Positions 1 to 8,864 of a stretch of 64,000 nt of DNA are shown in pieces (position 1 is the first letter of the stretch; every line of letters begins with the position of its first letter). Both the position numbers and the translations under genes were made by a program. A model generated the notes under the pieces. It saw only the letters and a list, made by a program, of their open reading frames with translations. It made no database searches and was not told the origin of the DNA. Origin of the DNA: an uncultured virus (IMG/VR IMGVR_UViG_3300042337_000191) (Duplodnaviria > Heunggongvirae > Uroviricota > Caudoviricetes); the IMG/VR virus record IMGVR_UViG_3300042337_000191, one strand, 5' to 3'.

Positions 1-132
1 CTAAAGCACTTCCCATCATTGGAAGAATATTGGTATCCGACTCCTCCAACACCAGAAGAGTTAGAAGCGACATACGGTGTTGAAAAAATTGAACAACTCT
101 GTAAAGAACCTTGGTGGAGGTTTTGGTCATGA
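1..132 (+). CDS. 3' end of an unidentified CDS (partial)
   Basis: Frame 1 is open from the window start (LKHFPSLEEYW...KEPWWRFWS*); its TGA overlaps the next ATG (ATGA). Confidence 0.5.
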   Translation, partial: LKHFPSLEEYWYPTPPTPEELEATYGVEKIEQLCKEPWWRFWS

Positions 133-461
133 GTAAAATAGTTCTCGTTGAAACCGTTTCTATGTTCCGGCATATATACGCTGTAGAACTTGAAGATAAC
201 CAACCAGCAGATTATGCTGTAGAAGATGTTATGTATTTTACTACTGGCGGAGAAACAGAATTTGACGAAGTAGCACAAGAACATGTTGGCGAAAACATCT
301 TATCACACCGTGTAGTAACTGAAGAAGAATACTTAGAACTTTTTGATCAACATAATCCATATGCCGCTCCTATGTGGACAGTTGATCAGAAGAAGAGATA
401 TATATACAAGGCTAAGCAATGCGAAAGCGAGATTCCAAAAGAAGATGGAAAGCAAGACTGA
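129..461 (+). CDS. hypothetical phage protein
   Basis: ORF; ATG at 129 with GGAGG upstream. Confidence 0.7.
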   Translation: MSKIVLVETVSMFRHIYAVELEDNQPADYAVEDVMYFTTGGETEFDEVAQEHVGENILSHRVVTEEEYLELFDQHNPYAAPMWTVDQKKRYIYKAKQCESEIPKEDGKQD

Positions 462-585
462 GACTGGGAAAGCAAATACCAATTTGGGTTATGATGAAGT
501 ATCGAGTATATCCTCCGCCCAATGAAAAACTCAAAGAAATTTATAATATATATAGAGAAACCGTTATGTTCAAAGAGGCAAATAA

Positions 586-2472
586 ATGACAGACTTTACA
601 GTTTACCAGCAGTATATTCACAAGAGCCGTTACGCAAGATTCCTTCCTGAAAAGAACCGTCGAGAACATTGGAATGAAACTGTTCAACGTTACGTTGATT
701 ACATGTTCGAGAAGGTTAATATCAACGACGATAAACTAAAGAAGGAAGTTTACGACGCTATCTATAATCTTGAAGTAATGCCTTCAATGAGAGCTCTTAT
801 GACTGCTGGTAAGGCTCTTGATCGTGATAATGTTGCTGGTTATAACTGTTCATACCTACCAATTGACGATCCTAAAGCATTCGATGAAGCAATGTGTATT
901 CTTATGAATGGCACTGGTGTTGGCTTCTCTGTCGAACGTCAGTATGTAAATAAACTACCGGAAATTCCAGATCAGCTTTATGATTGCGACACTGTCATTA
1001 CAGTTCGTGATTCTAAGGAAGGTTGGGCCAAGGGATTGCGTATGCTTATCTCCTTGCTTTATGCTGGCGAAGTTCCAAAGTGGGATCTATCTAATCTACG
1101 TCCTGCTGGTGCACCACTAAAGGTGTTTGGTGGTCGTTCTTCTGGACCAGAACCATTGAATGATCTATTCAAGTTTGTTATTCGTATTTTTAAAAATGCA
1201 CATGGTCGACGCCTCACATCTCTTGAGTGCCATGACATCATGTGTAAGATAGGCGAGGTTGTTGTTGTTGGTGGAGTGCGACGTTCAGCAATGATCTCCC
1301 TATCTAACTTATCAGACGACCGTATGCGTCATGCTAAAGCAGGACAGTGGTGGGAAGCAAATGTTCAAAGAGCTCTATCAAACAATTCAGCAGTATATAC
1401 CGAAAAGCCAGACGTCGGTCAGTTTATGGCAGAATGGCTCGCAATCTACGAATCGAAGTCGGGCGAAAGAGGTATCTTTAGTCGAGACGCATCTCAGAGA
1501 GTGGCACGTAAGAACGGTAGAAGAGACCCATCGTTTGAATTCGGCACTAATCCCTGCTCTGAGATTATCCTGCGACCTTATCAATTCTGTAACCTTACAG
1601 AAGTCGTTATACGAGAGTCTGATACTGAGAAAACACTTGCTAGAAAGATTAAAGTTGCAAGTATACTTGGTACTTTCCAGTCAACAATGACATACTTCCC
1701 ATATCTACGTAAGATTTGGCAGAAGAATACAGAAGAAGAAAGACTACTTGGTGTTTCATTTACTGGCATTTATGATTGCCCGTTGATGAATGATTATAAT
1801 GATCCAGAGTTACCTGCTCGTCTAGAACGTCTTCGTCAGGTTGCTATTGATACAAATAAAGAATGGAGCGAGAAACTTGGAATTAATCAGTCAGTTGCAA
1901 TTACTTGCGTTAAACCTTCAGGGACAGTTTCGCAGTTGGTTCTTTCCCCTAGTGGTATTCATCCCGGTCATGACCGCTATTATATCCGTCGTGTGCGTAG
2001 CGATAACAAAGACCCGCTTACAAAGCATCTTATTGATGCTGGTGTGCCTCATGAACCTGACGTTACTAAGCCTCACGCTACTACTGTCTTTTCGTTTCCA
2101 ATGAGACTACCAGATACTTCAATTACCAGAGAGAATGTATCAGCTATTGATCATCTAGAACTTTGGTTGAAGTATCAGCGTCATTGGTGCGAGCATAAGC
2201 CATCCGTTACTATTAACGTAAAGGAAGAAGAATGGCCACGTGTTGGTGCATGGGTTTATGATCACTTTGATGAAATGTCTGGCGTATCATTCCTACCGCA
2301 TGATGGCGGAACTTATCGTCAGGCTCCATACGAGACAATTACTCAAGCTGATTACGAAGATCTAAATAAAAATATTCCAACTACAGTCGATTGGGATGCT
2401 CTTATTGAGATGGATGACAATGTCGAGGGCGTTCAGACACTAGCATGTACTTCGGGTAATTGCGAAATATGA
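586..2472 (+). CDS. nrdJ: class II (adenosylcobalamin-dependent) ribonucleotide reductase
   Basis: GTGVGFS, GGVRRSA, TNPCSEI, CNLTEV, KPSGTVS motifs and C-terminal ACTSGNCEI redox pair; no adjacent nrdB. Confidence 0.93.
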   Translation: MTDFTVYQQYIHKSRYARFLPEKNRREHWNETVQRYVDYMFEKVNINDDKLKKEVYDAIYNLEVMPSMRALMTAGKALDRDNVAGYNCSYLPIDDPKAFDEAMCILMNGTGVGFSVERQYVNKLPEIPDQLYDCDTVITVRDSKEGWAKGLRMLISLLYAGEVPKWDLSNLRPAGAPLKVFGGRSSGPEPLNDLFKFVIRIFKNAHGRRLTSLECHDIMCKIGEVVVVGGVRRSAMISLSNLSDDRMRHAKAGQWWEANVQRALSNNSAVYTEKPDVGQFMAEWLAIYESKSGERGIFSRDASQRVARKNGRRDPSFEFGTNPCSEIILRPYQFCNLTEVVIRESDTEKTLARKIKVASILGTFQSTMTYFPYLRKIWQKNTEEERLLGVSFTGIYDCPLMNDYNDPELPARLERLRQVAIDTNKEWSEKLGINQSVAITCVKPSGTVSQLVLSPSGIHPGHDRYYIRRVRSDNKDPLTKHLIDAGVPHEPDVTKPHATTVFSFPMRLPDTSITRENVSAIDHLELWLKYQRHWCEHKPSVTINVKEEEWPRVGAWVYDHFDEMSGVSFLPHDGGTYRQAPYETITQADYEDLNKNIPTTVDWDALIEMDDNVEGVQTLACTSGNCEI

Positions 2473-2681
2473 TAGATGAAAAGTGGGAAGCTAAGAATGT
2501 TGGGTTAATTGAAAAACAATTCTTAGCTTCCCAAGAAGATAGAAATAAAAGAATAGAGATTTGCGAAGCGTGCGAACATCTACATCGATGGAAATATTGT
2601 AAATTATGTTGGTGTTATATGCCTCTCAAAACTCACATTAATAATTCAAGTTGTCCAATGGGTAAATGGGGTCCAGTATGA
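2469..2681 (+). CDS. small Cys-rich hypothetical protein
   Basis: CEAC...CKLCWC...CPMGKW; translationally coupled to nrdJ. Confidence 0.65.
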   Translation: MIDEKWEAKNVGLIEKQFLASQEDRNKRIEICEACEHLHRWKYCKLCWCYMPLKTHINNSSCPMGKWGPV

Positions 2682-3103
2682 ATACTAATGATTGGCAAAA
2701 CGGTTATACTGCCGGATATCAAAATGGCTGGGAAGCTGGTTACAATAGAGGTAAGACCGAAGGTCTCCCTCCTTCAAACCCTTACAAACCAAATCTGCAA
2801 GATGATTACTTAAATAAGAAGCCGAGTTTTGGACATACTTGTTTTGTTTGTGGTAGATTTTTCGAGGCTGGTAAAGCGTATGGATATGTTTGTGGATATC
2901 ATAATTGTCCGTCTAAAACATATTGCTCGACTACTTCTAGCGTAACGGCTGTTGCTTCTAGTAATGCATGTATAAATTCTTCTAATACTGCAGTATTTGA
3001 CCCATGGTATTCAGTTAATGCATCTTCGGCTGTGCCGGACGGTTTATCTTATGAAGAGATTTATGGCTCTGTGGTTTATCAACAAAACAAAAAGAAGGAA
3101 TAA
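2678..3103 (+). CDS. hypothetical protein with GY repeats and Cys motifs
   Basis: ORF overlapping the previous stop (ATGA). Confidence 0.6.
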   Translation: MNTNDWQNGYTAGYQNGWEAGYNRGKTEGLPPSNPYKPNLQDDYLNKKPSFGHTCFVCGRFFEAGKAYGYVCGYHNCPSKTYCSTTSSVTAVASSNACINSSNTAVFDPWYSVNASSAVPDGLSYEEIYGSVVYQQNKKKE

Positions 3104-3106
3104 TAA

Positions 3107-3295
3107 ATGAAGGTTGATGCAGAATTATTCGATCTTTGTAGAGAATTTATTAAAGAAAACAAAATTGATTGTTCGGAGACTATCTATCAAACAGATAGAA
3201 TAGTTGAAAATTCTTTAGAATTTATTGAAGCTATCTGTGAATTGATTGGTTATCACGAAGAAGATGAAGACGAAGAAGAATACGAAGAGGACTAA
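3107..3295 (+). CDS. small acidic hypothetical protein
   Basis: ORF with AAGGA SD. Confidence 0.6.
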   Translation: MKVDAELFDLCREFIKENKIDCSETIYQTDRIVENSLEFIEAICELIGYHEEDEDEEEYEED

Positions 3296-3316
3296 ATATC
3301 CCGAAGGAGATTCGGG

Positions 3317-3724
3317 ATGTCATGGATTTATAAAGGTGAGATTGTAGAAGATATTGGTAATTATATTGGGTTTGTCTATATGATTACCAATCTTCGCACC
3401 GAAAGAAAATATATCGGTAAGAAGAATTTTTATTTCTCAAAGACAAAACAGCTCAAGGGTAAGAAAAAGAAATACAAAGTAGAGTCTGATTGGAAAGACT
3501 ACTTTGGATCTAATGAAGAGCTAAATCATCACGTAAACATATTCGGCCAAGATCAATTCAGAAGAGAGATCCTTAGATTTTGCACATCTAAAGGAGAAAT
3601 GTCTTATTACGAAGCCAAATATCAATTTCATTATGATGTTTTAGAATCAGATCAGTGGTATAATTCTTGGATCTCTTGTAAGATTCATAAGAAACATTTG
3701 ACTTTCTTAAAAAAAGGAGTATAA
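3317..3724 (+). CDS. GIY-YIG (Seg-like) nuclease-family protein
   Basis: GFVYMITN...KYIGKK...DYFGS motif. Confidence 0.75.
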   Translation: MSWIYKGEIVEDIGNYIGFVYMITNLRTERKYIGKKNFYFSKTKQLKGKKKKYKVESDWKDYFGSNEELNHHVNIFGQDQFRREILRFCTSKGEMSYYEAKYQFHYDVLESDQWYNSWISCKIHKKHLTFLKKGV

Positions 3725-3725
3725 T
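3698..3725 (+). promoter_or_regulatory. sigma70-type early promoter
   Basis: TTGACT-N16-TATAAT. Confidence 0.65.
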
Positions 3726-3848
3726 ATGAAAGGTGGAAAAAAGTTTCGTAAGCAACTAATCAAGCTACAGAATCAGCTTGGTAAGATCGAAGGTAAGAAT
3801 CTTTGGTTGCAGATGAAAAAGGAGAGTATGAATGGCGTGGCCACATAA
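3726..3848 (+). CDS. 40-aa basic small ORF
   Basis: AAGGAG SD; MKGGKKFRKQLIKLQNQLGK... Confidence 0.4.
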   Translation: MKGGKKFRKQLIKLQNQLGKIEGKNLWLQMKKESMNGVAT

Positions 3849-3930
3849 GAATCGTCCCCGCAAGGGTCGCCGTAAAGTCGGCAGTCAGAAGCGTAAGGCT
3901 CGTCGCTTAAAGGGTCGTAAGCGTAAGTAA
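3832..3930 (+). CDS. 32-aa extremely basic peptide
   Basis: AAGGAG 7 nt upstream; MAWPHKNRPRKGRRKVGSQKRKARRLKGRKRK. Confidence 0.65.
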   Translation: MAWPHKNRPRKGRRKVGSQKRKARRLKGRKRK

Positions 3931-3954
3931 TTTAATCAAGAAAGGTGAATAAGT

Positions 3955-4245
3955 ATGAATAAGTTTTTTCTAGCAGCAGCATTTGTTCTCGGTCTATCAG
4001 GTTCGGCATTTGCTCTAACAACTCATGACGAGACACACAACGGTAAGACTGTTGCTGTTCCTGGAGCTCAGAAGAGTAATGGAGTATTTGCTCCTGCTGT
4101 TCAGGTAACACCACATGGTATGGTTGTAACTGCTCCTCCAGGTGCTGACGTCGTTGTTGATAATGATGAAGGCGATATGCAGATTGATATTGTTCCAACA
4201 GGCAAGAAGCGTGGTCTTCTAGGTCTAGGGTTTTTAGGAATGTAA
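3955..4245 (+). CDS. secreted hypothetical protein
   Basis: Sec-type signal peptide MNKFFLAAAFVLGLSGSAFA. Confidence 0.7.
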   Translation: MNKFFLAAAFVLGLSGSAFALTTHDETHNGKTVAVPGAQKSNGVFAPAVQVTPHGMVVTAPPGADVVVDNDEGDMQIDIVPTGKKRGLLGLGFLGM

Positions 4246-4247
4246 CA

Positions 4248-4706
4248 ATGAAAAAGTTGAATCTGGACGAAGTAAGAGAGTTCATTGTCAATACATCATT
4301 GTCAACCAAAATCTATATCGGTTCAGATTCAGCACGTTATCGTAAGGGTGATGTCTGGCACGCTGAATACTGTACCGTAGTAGTGGTTCACTATAATGGT
4401 AATCGTGGTTGTAAGGTGTTTGGACAGTTAGAATCAGAACGTGACTATGACCAAAAAAAGGACAAGCCACGTATGCGTCTAATGAATGAAGTAATGCGTA
4501 CCGCACAGATGTATTTGGATCTTGAAGGGGCCATTGGTCAAAGAGACGTTCAAATCCATCTGGACATCAACCCTGACGAGAAGCATGGTTCTTCATGCGT
4601 AATCTCAGAAGCTGTTGGTTATATCAAAGGAATGTGTAATGTTGTTCCTTTCGTTAAACCAAATGCGTTCGCAGCTTCTATTGCTGCTGATAGGCTGCTT
4701 GCGTAG
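4248..4706 (+). CDS. RNase H-like (YkuK-type) protein
   Basis: IYIGSDS, RLMNEV, IHLDINP, AASIAAD motifs. Confidence 0.75.
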   Translation: MKKLNLDEVREFIVNTSLSTKIYIGSDSARYRKGDVWHAEYCTVVVVHYNGNRGCKVFGQLESERDYDQKKDKPRMRLMNEVMRTAQMYLDLEGAIGQRDVQIHLDINPDEKHGSSCVISEAVGYIKGMCNVVPFVKPNAFAASIAADRLLA

Positions 4707-4714
4707 CCTATCTT

Positions 4715-4790
4715 GGGGATGTAGCTCAATGGTCAGAGCCGGTCGCTCATAACGGCTTGGTTGCAGGTTCGAGTCCTGCCATCCCCACCA
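4715..4790 (+). tRNA. tRNA with CAT anticodon, most likely tRNA-Ile2 (lysidine type)
   Basis: Cloverleaf, CTCATAA loop, encoded CCA; body resembles proteobacterial Ile2 rather than Met. Confidence 0.85.
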
Positions 4791-4808
4791 TTTTATAAAG
4801 GATATATT

Positions 4809-5225
4809 ATGAGATATATTATTGCAATAGCATTTGCTTTGATTGCTACTAATGCAAATGCTGGTTTCTTGGATGATATTTTTAACTTCCAACGAGAAGC
4901 TAATCATCCACGTCAAACAAAAAATACTAAGCATTCTAAGCATATAAATAATTATTCCACTGGTGGCGGACATAACGCCTCGTGGTATAATGACCGGAGC
5001 GGACGGACAGCATCCGGTATGCGTCATCACTTTGGTGTAGCGCATAGAACCTTACCATTTGGAACAACGGTTTGTATCCACAACCCGTCAAATGGTAGGC
5101 AAGTAGAAGCCGTTGTAACCGATAGAGGGCCATTCGTCAGAGGAAGAACAATTGACGTTAATCAAAACGTGGCTCGTGCTCTAGGTTTCTCAGGAACCGC
5201 ACATTTAAATTACCATCCGTGTTAA
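4809..5225 (+). CDS. RlpA-like (DPBB) lytic transglycosylase with signal peptide
   Basis: ASWY...TASG...AHRTLPFGT...DRGPFVRGRTIDV. Confidence 0.85.
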   Translation: MRYIIAIAFALIATNANAGFLDDIFNFQREANHPRQTKNTKHSKHINNYSTGGGHNASWYNDRSGRTASGMRHHFGVAHRTLPFGTTVCIHNPSNGRQVEAVVTDRGPFVRGRTIDVNQNVARALGFSGTAHLNYHPC

Positions 5226-5260
5226 GAGTCGGTTGCACACAACAGAAAGGTAAATCCAAA

Positions 5261-5788
5261 ATGAATAAGATTATTTTTGCTACTGCGACAGCAGTGGCTA
5301 TGTTTGCGTTCAGCAGCACAGCCGAAGCAAGTCGCACTAGCCAGAATACTCAGTATTCACAACACGAAGAAGTATCTTTTGATCCAATTGGTGATTTACT
5401 TGGCGGACCTGAAAAGGGTTGGTCAGTTATGACTCCAATTAATCGTCGTGTTAAGCATTCTGCTTATCACAGTAAGAGATATTCTACATACTCACATCAT
5501 TACTCTGGACCAATTTCTGCATCAATTGTTTCTTATGGACATATGTTGCAGCATATGGGTCTAAGAGTATCCGAACACCCAGCATTCGGCGGCGTTCATC
5601 ATGTTCATCATGGTTGGGCGCATTATTCTGGGCGTGCGATCGACGTTAATGTTGGCCGTGGCGTATATGAAGCACATTCCGGCTATAGTCGTAAGTTCGA
5701 TGCAATTGCTGCACGAGCACGAGCAGCTGGCTATACAGTTCTGTGGCGTGTTGCTGGTCATTTTGACCATATGCATATCCAGAAGTAA
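5261..5788 (+). CDS. secreted protein with M15/hedgehog-like Zn peptidase domain
   Basis: Signal peptide; H-x6-D (HYSGRAID) and HxH (HFDHMH). Confidence 0.65.
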   Translation: MNKIIFATATAVAMFAFSSTAEASRTSQNTQYSQHEEVSFDPIGDLLGGPEKGWSVMTPINRRVKHSAYHSKRYSTYSHHYSGPISASIVSYGHMLQHMGLRVSEHPAFGGVHHVHHGWAHYSGRAIDVNVGRGVYEAHSGYSRKFDAIAARARAAGYTVLWRVAGHFDHMHIQK

Positions 5789-5797
5789 TATAAGTAT

Positions 5798-5827
5798 AAG
5801 GGAGGCAATGTCCGTGCCTCCCTTTTT
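5798..5827 (+). terminator. intrinsic terminator
   Basis: AAGGGAGGCA/TGCCTCCCTT stem followed by T-run. Confidence 0.7.
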
Positions 5828-5830
5828 ATC

Positions 5831-6409
5831 ATGGAGGCAACTTTGAACATAGAAAAAGAGGATAAGAACATAGATATCCCTAGTATAGAAGATCATCACT
5901 ATTATCTTTTCAATTCAACTTTCGACGCTAATTCTACCGGCGATGCATTAAGGTTTATTCTCGCCCGTAATCTAATGAAAAAAGATCGCCCGAAGTTTAT
6001 GAAGTTTATCATCAACTCTCCTGGTGGCGAAGTTCCTTCTGCGTTTGCTCTTATTGATACAATCAAAGGCTCTAAGATCCCGGTGTATATGTATGGACTT
6101 GGTGAAATTGCTTCTTGTGGTCTACTTACGTTTATGGCTGGAGCGAAAGGACATCGTTACGTTACACGAAATACAGCAATTCTTTCTCATCAGTTTTCAT
6201 GGGGAACAATTGGCAAAGAGCATGAATTACATGCATCAGTAAAAGAATTTAATAATACAAGCCAGCGCATTATAGATCATTATAAAAAGTGCACTGGACA
6301 AACAGAGGCAACAATTAAAAAGTATTTGTTACCGCCAGAAGATGTTTGGTTAACGCCCAAGGAGGCAGTGAAATATGGCATCGCAGACGAAATTGTGGAT
6401 TTCTACTGA
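5831..6409 (+). CDS. clpP: ClpP-like protease subunit
   Basis: INSPGG, IASCG (catalytic Ser), LSHQ, WLTPKEAVKYGIADEI; the true start may be a few codons downstream. Confidence 0.85.
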   Translation: MEATLNIEKEDKNIDIPSIEDHHYYLFNSTFDANSTGDALRFILARNLMKKDRPKFMKFIINSPGGEVPSAFALIDTIKGSKIPVYMYGLGEIASCGLLTFMAGAKGHRYVTRNTAILSHQFSWGTIGKEHELHASVKEFNNTSQRIIDHYKKCTGQTEATIKKYLLPPEDVWLTPKEAVKYGIADEIVDFY

Positions 6410-6647
6410 TTATTTCAGCACTAGATTTTGGATTATAGTAGAAGTTTTAGCAACAGCAACTTTAATTGTTGGAGTTGCTTTTAATTCTTGGAACATATAT
6501 CCTTTGAATCTATATATAAATGTATTGGGAAATTTTTTCTGGTTTATGCTGGCATTACATTGGAGAAAGCTTTCTTTGTTAGTTATTCAAGTTGTTGTTC
6601 TTGGTTTATATGTAGCCGGAACTGTTAAGGTAATGATGGGAGTATAA
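6375..6647 (+). CDS. small membrane protein
   Basis: Three hydrophobic segments. Confidence 0.6.
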   Translation: MASQTKLWISTDYFSTRFWIIVEVLATATLIVGVAFNSWNIYPLNLYINVLGNFFWFMLALHWRKLSLLVIQVVVLGLYVAGTVKVMMGV

Positions 6648-6648
6648 A

Positions 6649-7353
6649 ATGGCAATTATTAGATTTAGTGACGAAGAAGTATTTGGTGTTGATTCTACAG
6701 AGTATGAAATTCTAGTTAACGCAGTAGCAAATGTAGGAGAAACTCCTGGTGCTATTGTTGAGATCGGTTCTCGACGTGGCGGCTCGGCCAAGATGATTAT
6801 TGATACTCTTGTTGCAACTGGTAATAATAACCGTTCAATGTTTTGTATTGATCCTTATGGTAATATTGATTATCCTTATACAAATAAGGGATTGGCATTA
6901 CATTATGGGCCTGATGCTGTTAAGGATGGTGATGTTGATGACGCAGAGAAGACAACACCAATTAAGTTAGATTATGATAATGAAATGCGTAATCGCACAA
7001 TCCCTTCTCTGTATTATTATGGTTATAACGCTGGCCTAAACTTCACTTTCTTTTGTCTAGAAGATACAGAGTTCTTCAAGCGTTATGCTGATGGTGTTCC
7101 AGTATACGATCAGCGCAAGACTCTAGAAACAGAATACGCCTTTGTGTTCTTTGATGGTCCTCATGACAATGCTTCTCTTAATGTAGAGTGCGAATTCTTT
7201 GTTCAGAGAGCTCCAGTCGGCGCAGTATTTGTCTTTGATGATATTGGTATGTATGATCATGATAAGGTCGTAGAAGAAAGTCATCTCTTCAATAATGGGT
7301 TTGAAGTCCTAGAAAAGGGAAACACAAAAGCTTCTTACGTCAAGCGTAAGTAA
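6649..7353 (+). CDS. class I SAM-dependent methyltransferase (Methyltransf_24/TylF-like)
   Basis: IVEIGSRRGGS, CIDPY, FFDGPH, VFDD motifs. Confidence 0.8.
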   Translation: MAIIRFSDEEVFGVDSTEYEILVNAVANVGETPGAIVEIGSRRGGSAKMIIDTLVATGNNNRSMFCIDPYGNIDYPYTNKGLALHYGPDAVKDGDVDDAEKTTPIKLDYDNEMRNRTIPSLYYYGYNAGLNFTFFCLEDTEFFKRYADGVPVYDQRKTLETEYAFVFFDGPHDNASLNVECEFFVQRAPVGAVFVFDDIGMYDHDKVVEESHLFNNGFEVLEKGNTKASYVKRK

Positions 7354-7364
7354 GATATGCAAAT

Positions 7365-7398
7365 CTCCAGATTATAAATAATATACAACATTCTGGAG
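7365..7398 (+). promoter_or_regulatory. T4-type late promoter inside an RBS-sequestering hairpin
   Basis: TATAAATA at 7373-7380 lies between CTCCAGA (7365-7371) and TCTGGAG (7392-7398, overlapping the SD). Confidence 0.75.
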
Positions 7399-7403
7399 GA
7401 AAC

Positions 7404-8129
7404 ATGCTAAATTTTGGCGAATATCTGTCTGAATTAAAATTAACTCTTCAATATCATGACGAGTTAAATCCAAAGATTTGGAGAACCGAAGATAAACTAA
7501 AACCAGAAGTCCGTAAGGCTCTTCTGAAGTTTGCTTATACTTGGGCAGATTTTGCCAAAATTCCAAAGTCAATGATCGATCATGTTATTATGACAGGTGG
7601 TAATGCTAATTATAACTACACTAGCAAATCAGACATTGACGTTCATGTTATGGTTGACCGTTCTAAACTATTTTCCGATCCTAAGTTTGTAGAAGAATAT
7701 CTACAAGACAAGAAATCTTTATGGACTCTTACTCATAACGTAGATGTTTATGGTTATCCCCTTGAACCATACGCACAGGATAAGACTTTAAAGTATCCAA
7801 AGAATCAAGGCATTTACTGCCTGACAAAAGATGAATGGCTACAGAAGCCTCGTAAGATTGATTATGATTTTAAGAACGATCATCTTCTAAAACAAAAAGT
7901 CTCACATTATATGCACGCTATTGATCACATGATCAATTCTAAAATGGGTGTTGATGCTTTTGAAAATATGAAAGCTCGTTTTAAGAATATGCGCACAGCT
8001 TCTCTTCAACAGTATGGCGAGTTCGGTAGAGAGAATCTTGTATTCAAGGAACTACGTAATCGTGGTTACATTGACAAAATGAATAAATACGAAACATCGC
8101 TTAAAGACAAAGAGTTGTCTTTAAAATAG
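7404..8129 (+). CDS. Pol-beta superfamily nucleotidyltransferase
   Basis: TGGNANYNYTSKSDIDVHV motif and a downstream acidic residue (LEPYAQ). Confidence 0.75.
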   Translation: MLNFGEYLSELKLTLQYHDELNPKIWRTEDKLKPEVRKALLKFAYTWADFAKIPKSMIDHVIMTGGNANYNYTSKSDIDVHVMVDRSKLFSDPKFVEEYLQDKKSLWTLTHNVDVYGYPLEPYAQDKTLKYPKNQGIYCLTKDEWLQKPRKIDYDFKNDHLLKQKVSHYMHAIDHMINSKMGVDAFENMKARFKNMRTASLQQYGEFGRENLVFKELRNRGYIDKMNKYETSLKDKELSLK

Positions 8130-8294
8130 AACTTTTCTTTTCCTAAAATACAGTTTATAATATAATGTCTAGTGTGGAGGATGTAATGGAAATGAGTAGC
8201 GATCTAGAATTTATGGTTGAGACAGATATGATCTTACAGGGTTACAATCCATATAACCCTGATGAAGTAAATATATATTGGGAGATTTATTTTA

Positions 8295-8570
8295 ATGGCT
8301 ATTGAGATTTATTCAAAAAATAATTGTTCTTTCTGTGATCAAGCAAAACAAATGCTTCGTATGCACGGAAAGGATTTCATTGAGTATAAGTTAGACGAAG
8401 ACTTCACACGAGAAGTTCTGCTAACAAAGTTTCCTGAAGCTAAGACGTTTCCTGTAATTGTCCTCGATGGATTTAACATCGGTGGCTTTGAGCAGTTGAA
8501 GCGACATCTTACTGAGGAAACATCAGACTCTCGTAAGATTCTGTTGGAAGATAATTATCACGGAGCATAA
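8295..8570 (+). CDS. glutaredoxin
   Basis: CSFC, TFPVI, IGGF motifs. Confidence 0.9.
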   Translation: MAIEIYSKNNCSFCDQAKQMLRMHGKDFIEYKLDEDFTREVLLTKFPEAKTFPVIVLDGFNIGGFEQLKRHLTEETSDSRKILLEDNYHGA

Positions 8571-8573
8571 ATT

Positions 8574-8855
8574 ATGGCTATGTATGAACGCAACGTGTTG
8601 CTTCAAGATCTGCGCAAGAATGTAATGGCAGTTCATTTCACAAAGGTAAATGGTGAAAAGCGTGAGATGCGTTGCACTCTTATGCCACAACTTCTACCAC
8701 CCAATTATGTAAACGAAGAGACACAAGAAAAAGATTTCCATGACAAGAACCAAGATGTTCTTGCTGTATGGGATGTGATGAAGGGTGGATGGCGTTCTTT
8801 TCGCATCGACTCTATTGAGTATGTTGAAATTTTAGATCCTTATCAATACTCATAG
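8574..8855 (+). CDS. WYL_2/SH3-like conserved phage protein
   Basis: FTKVNGEKREMRCTL...VWDV...GWRSFR. Confidence 0.7.
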   Translation: MAMYERNVLLQDLRKNVMAVHFTKVNGEKREMRCTLMPQLLPPNYVNEETQEKDFHDKNQDVLAVWDVMKGGWRSFRIDSIEYVEILDPYQYS

Positions 8856-8864
8856 GAGAGATAC

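Noticed and set aside
586..2472. Intron or intein in nrdJ (also checked for 17, 23 and 46)
   Set aside because: The frames are continuous, lengths are ordinary and no intein terminal motifs are visible
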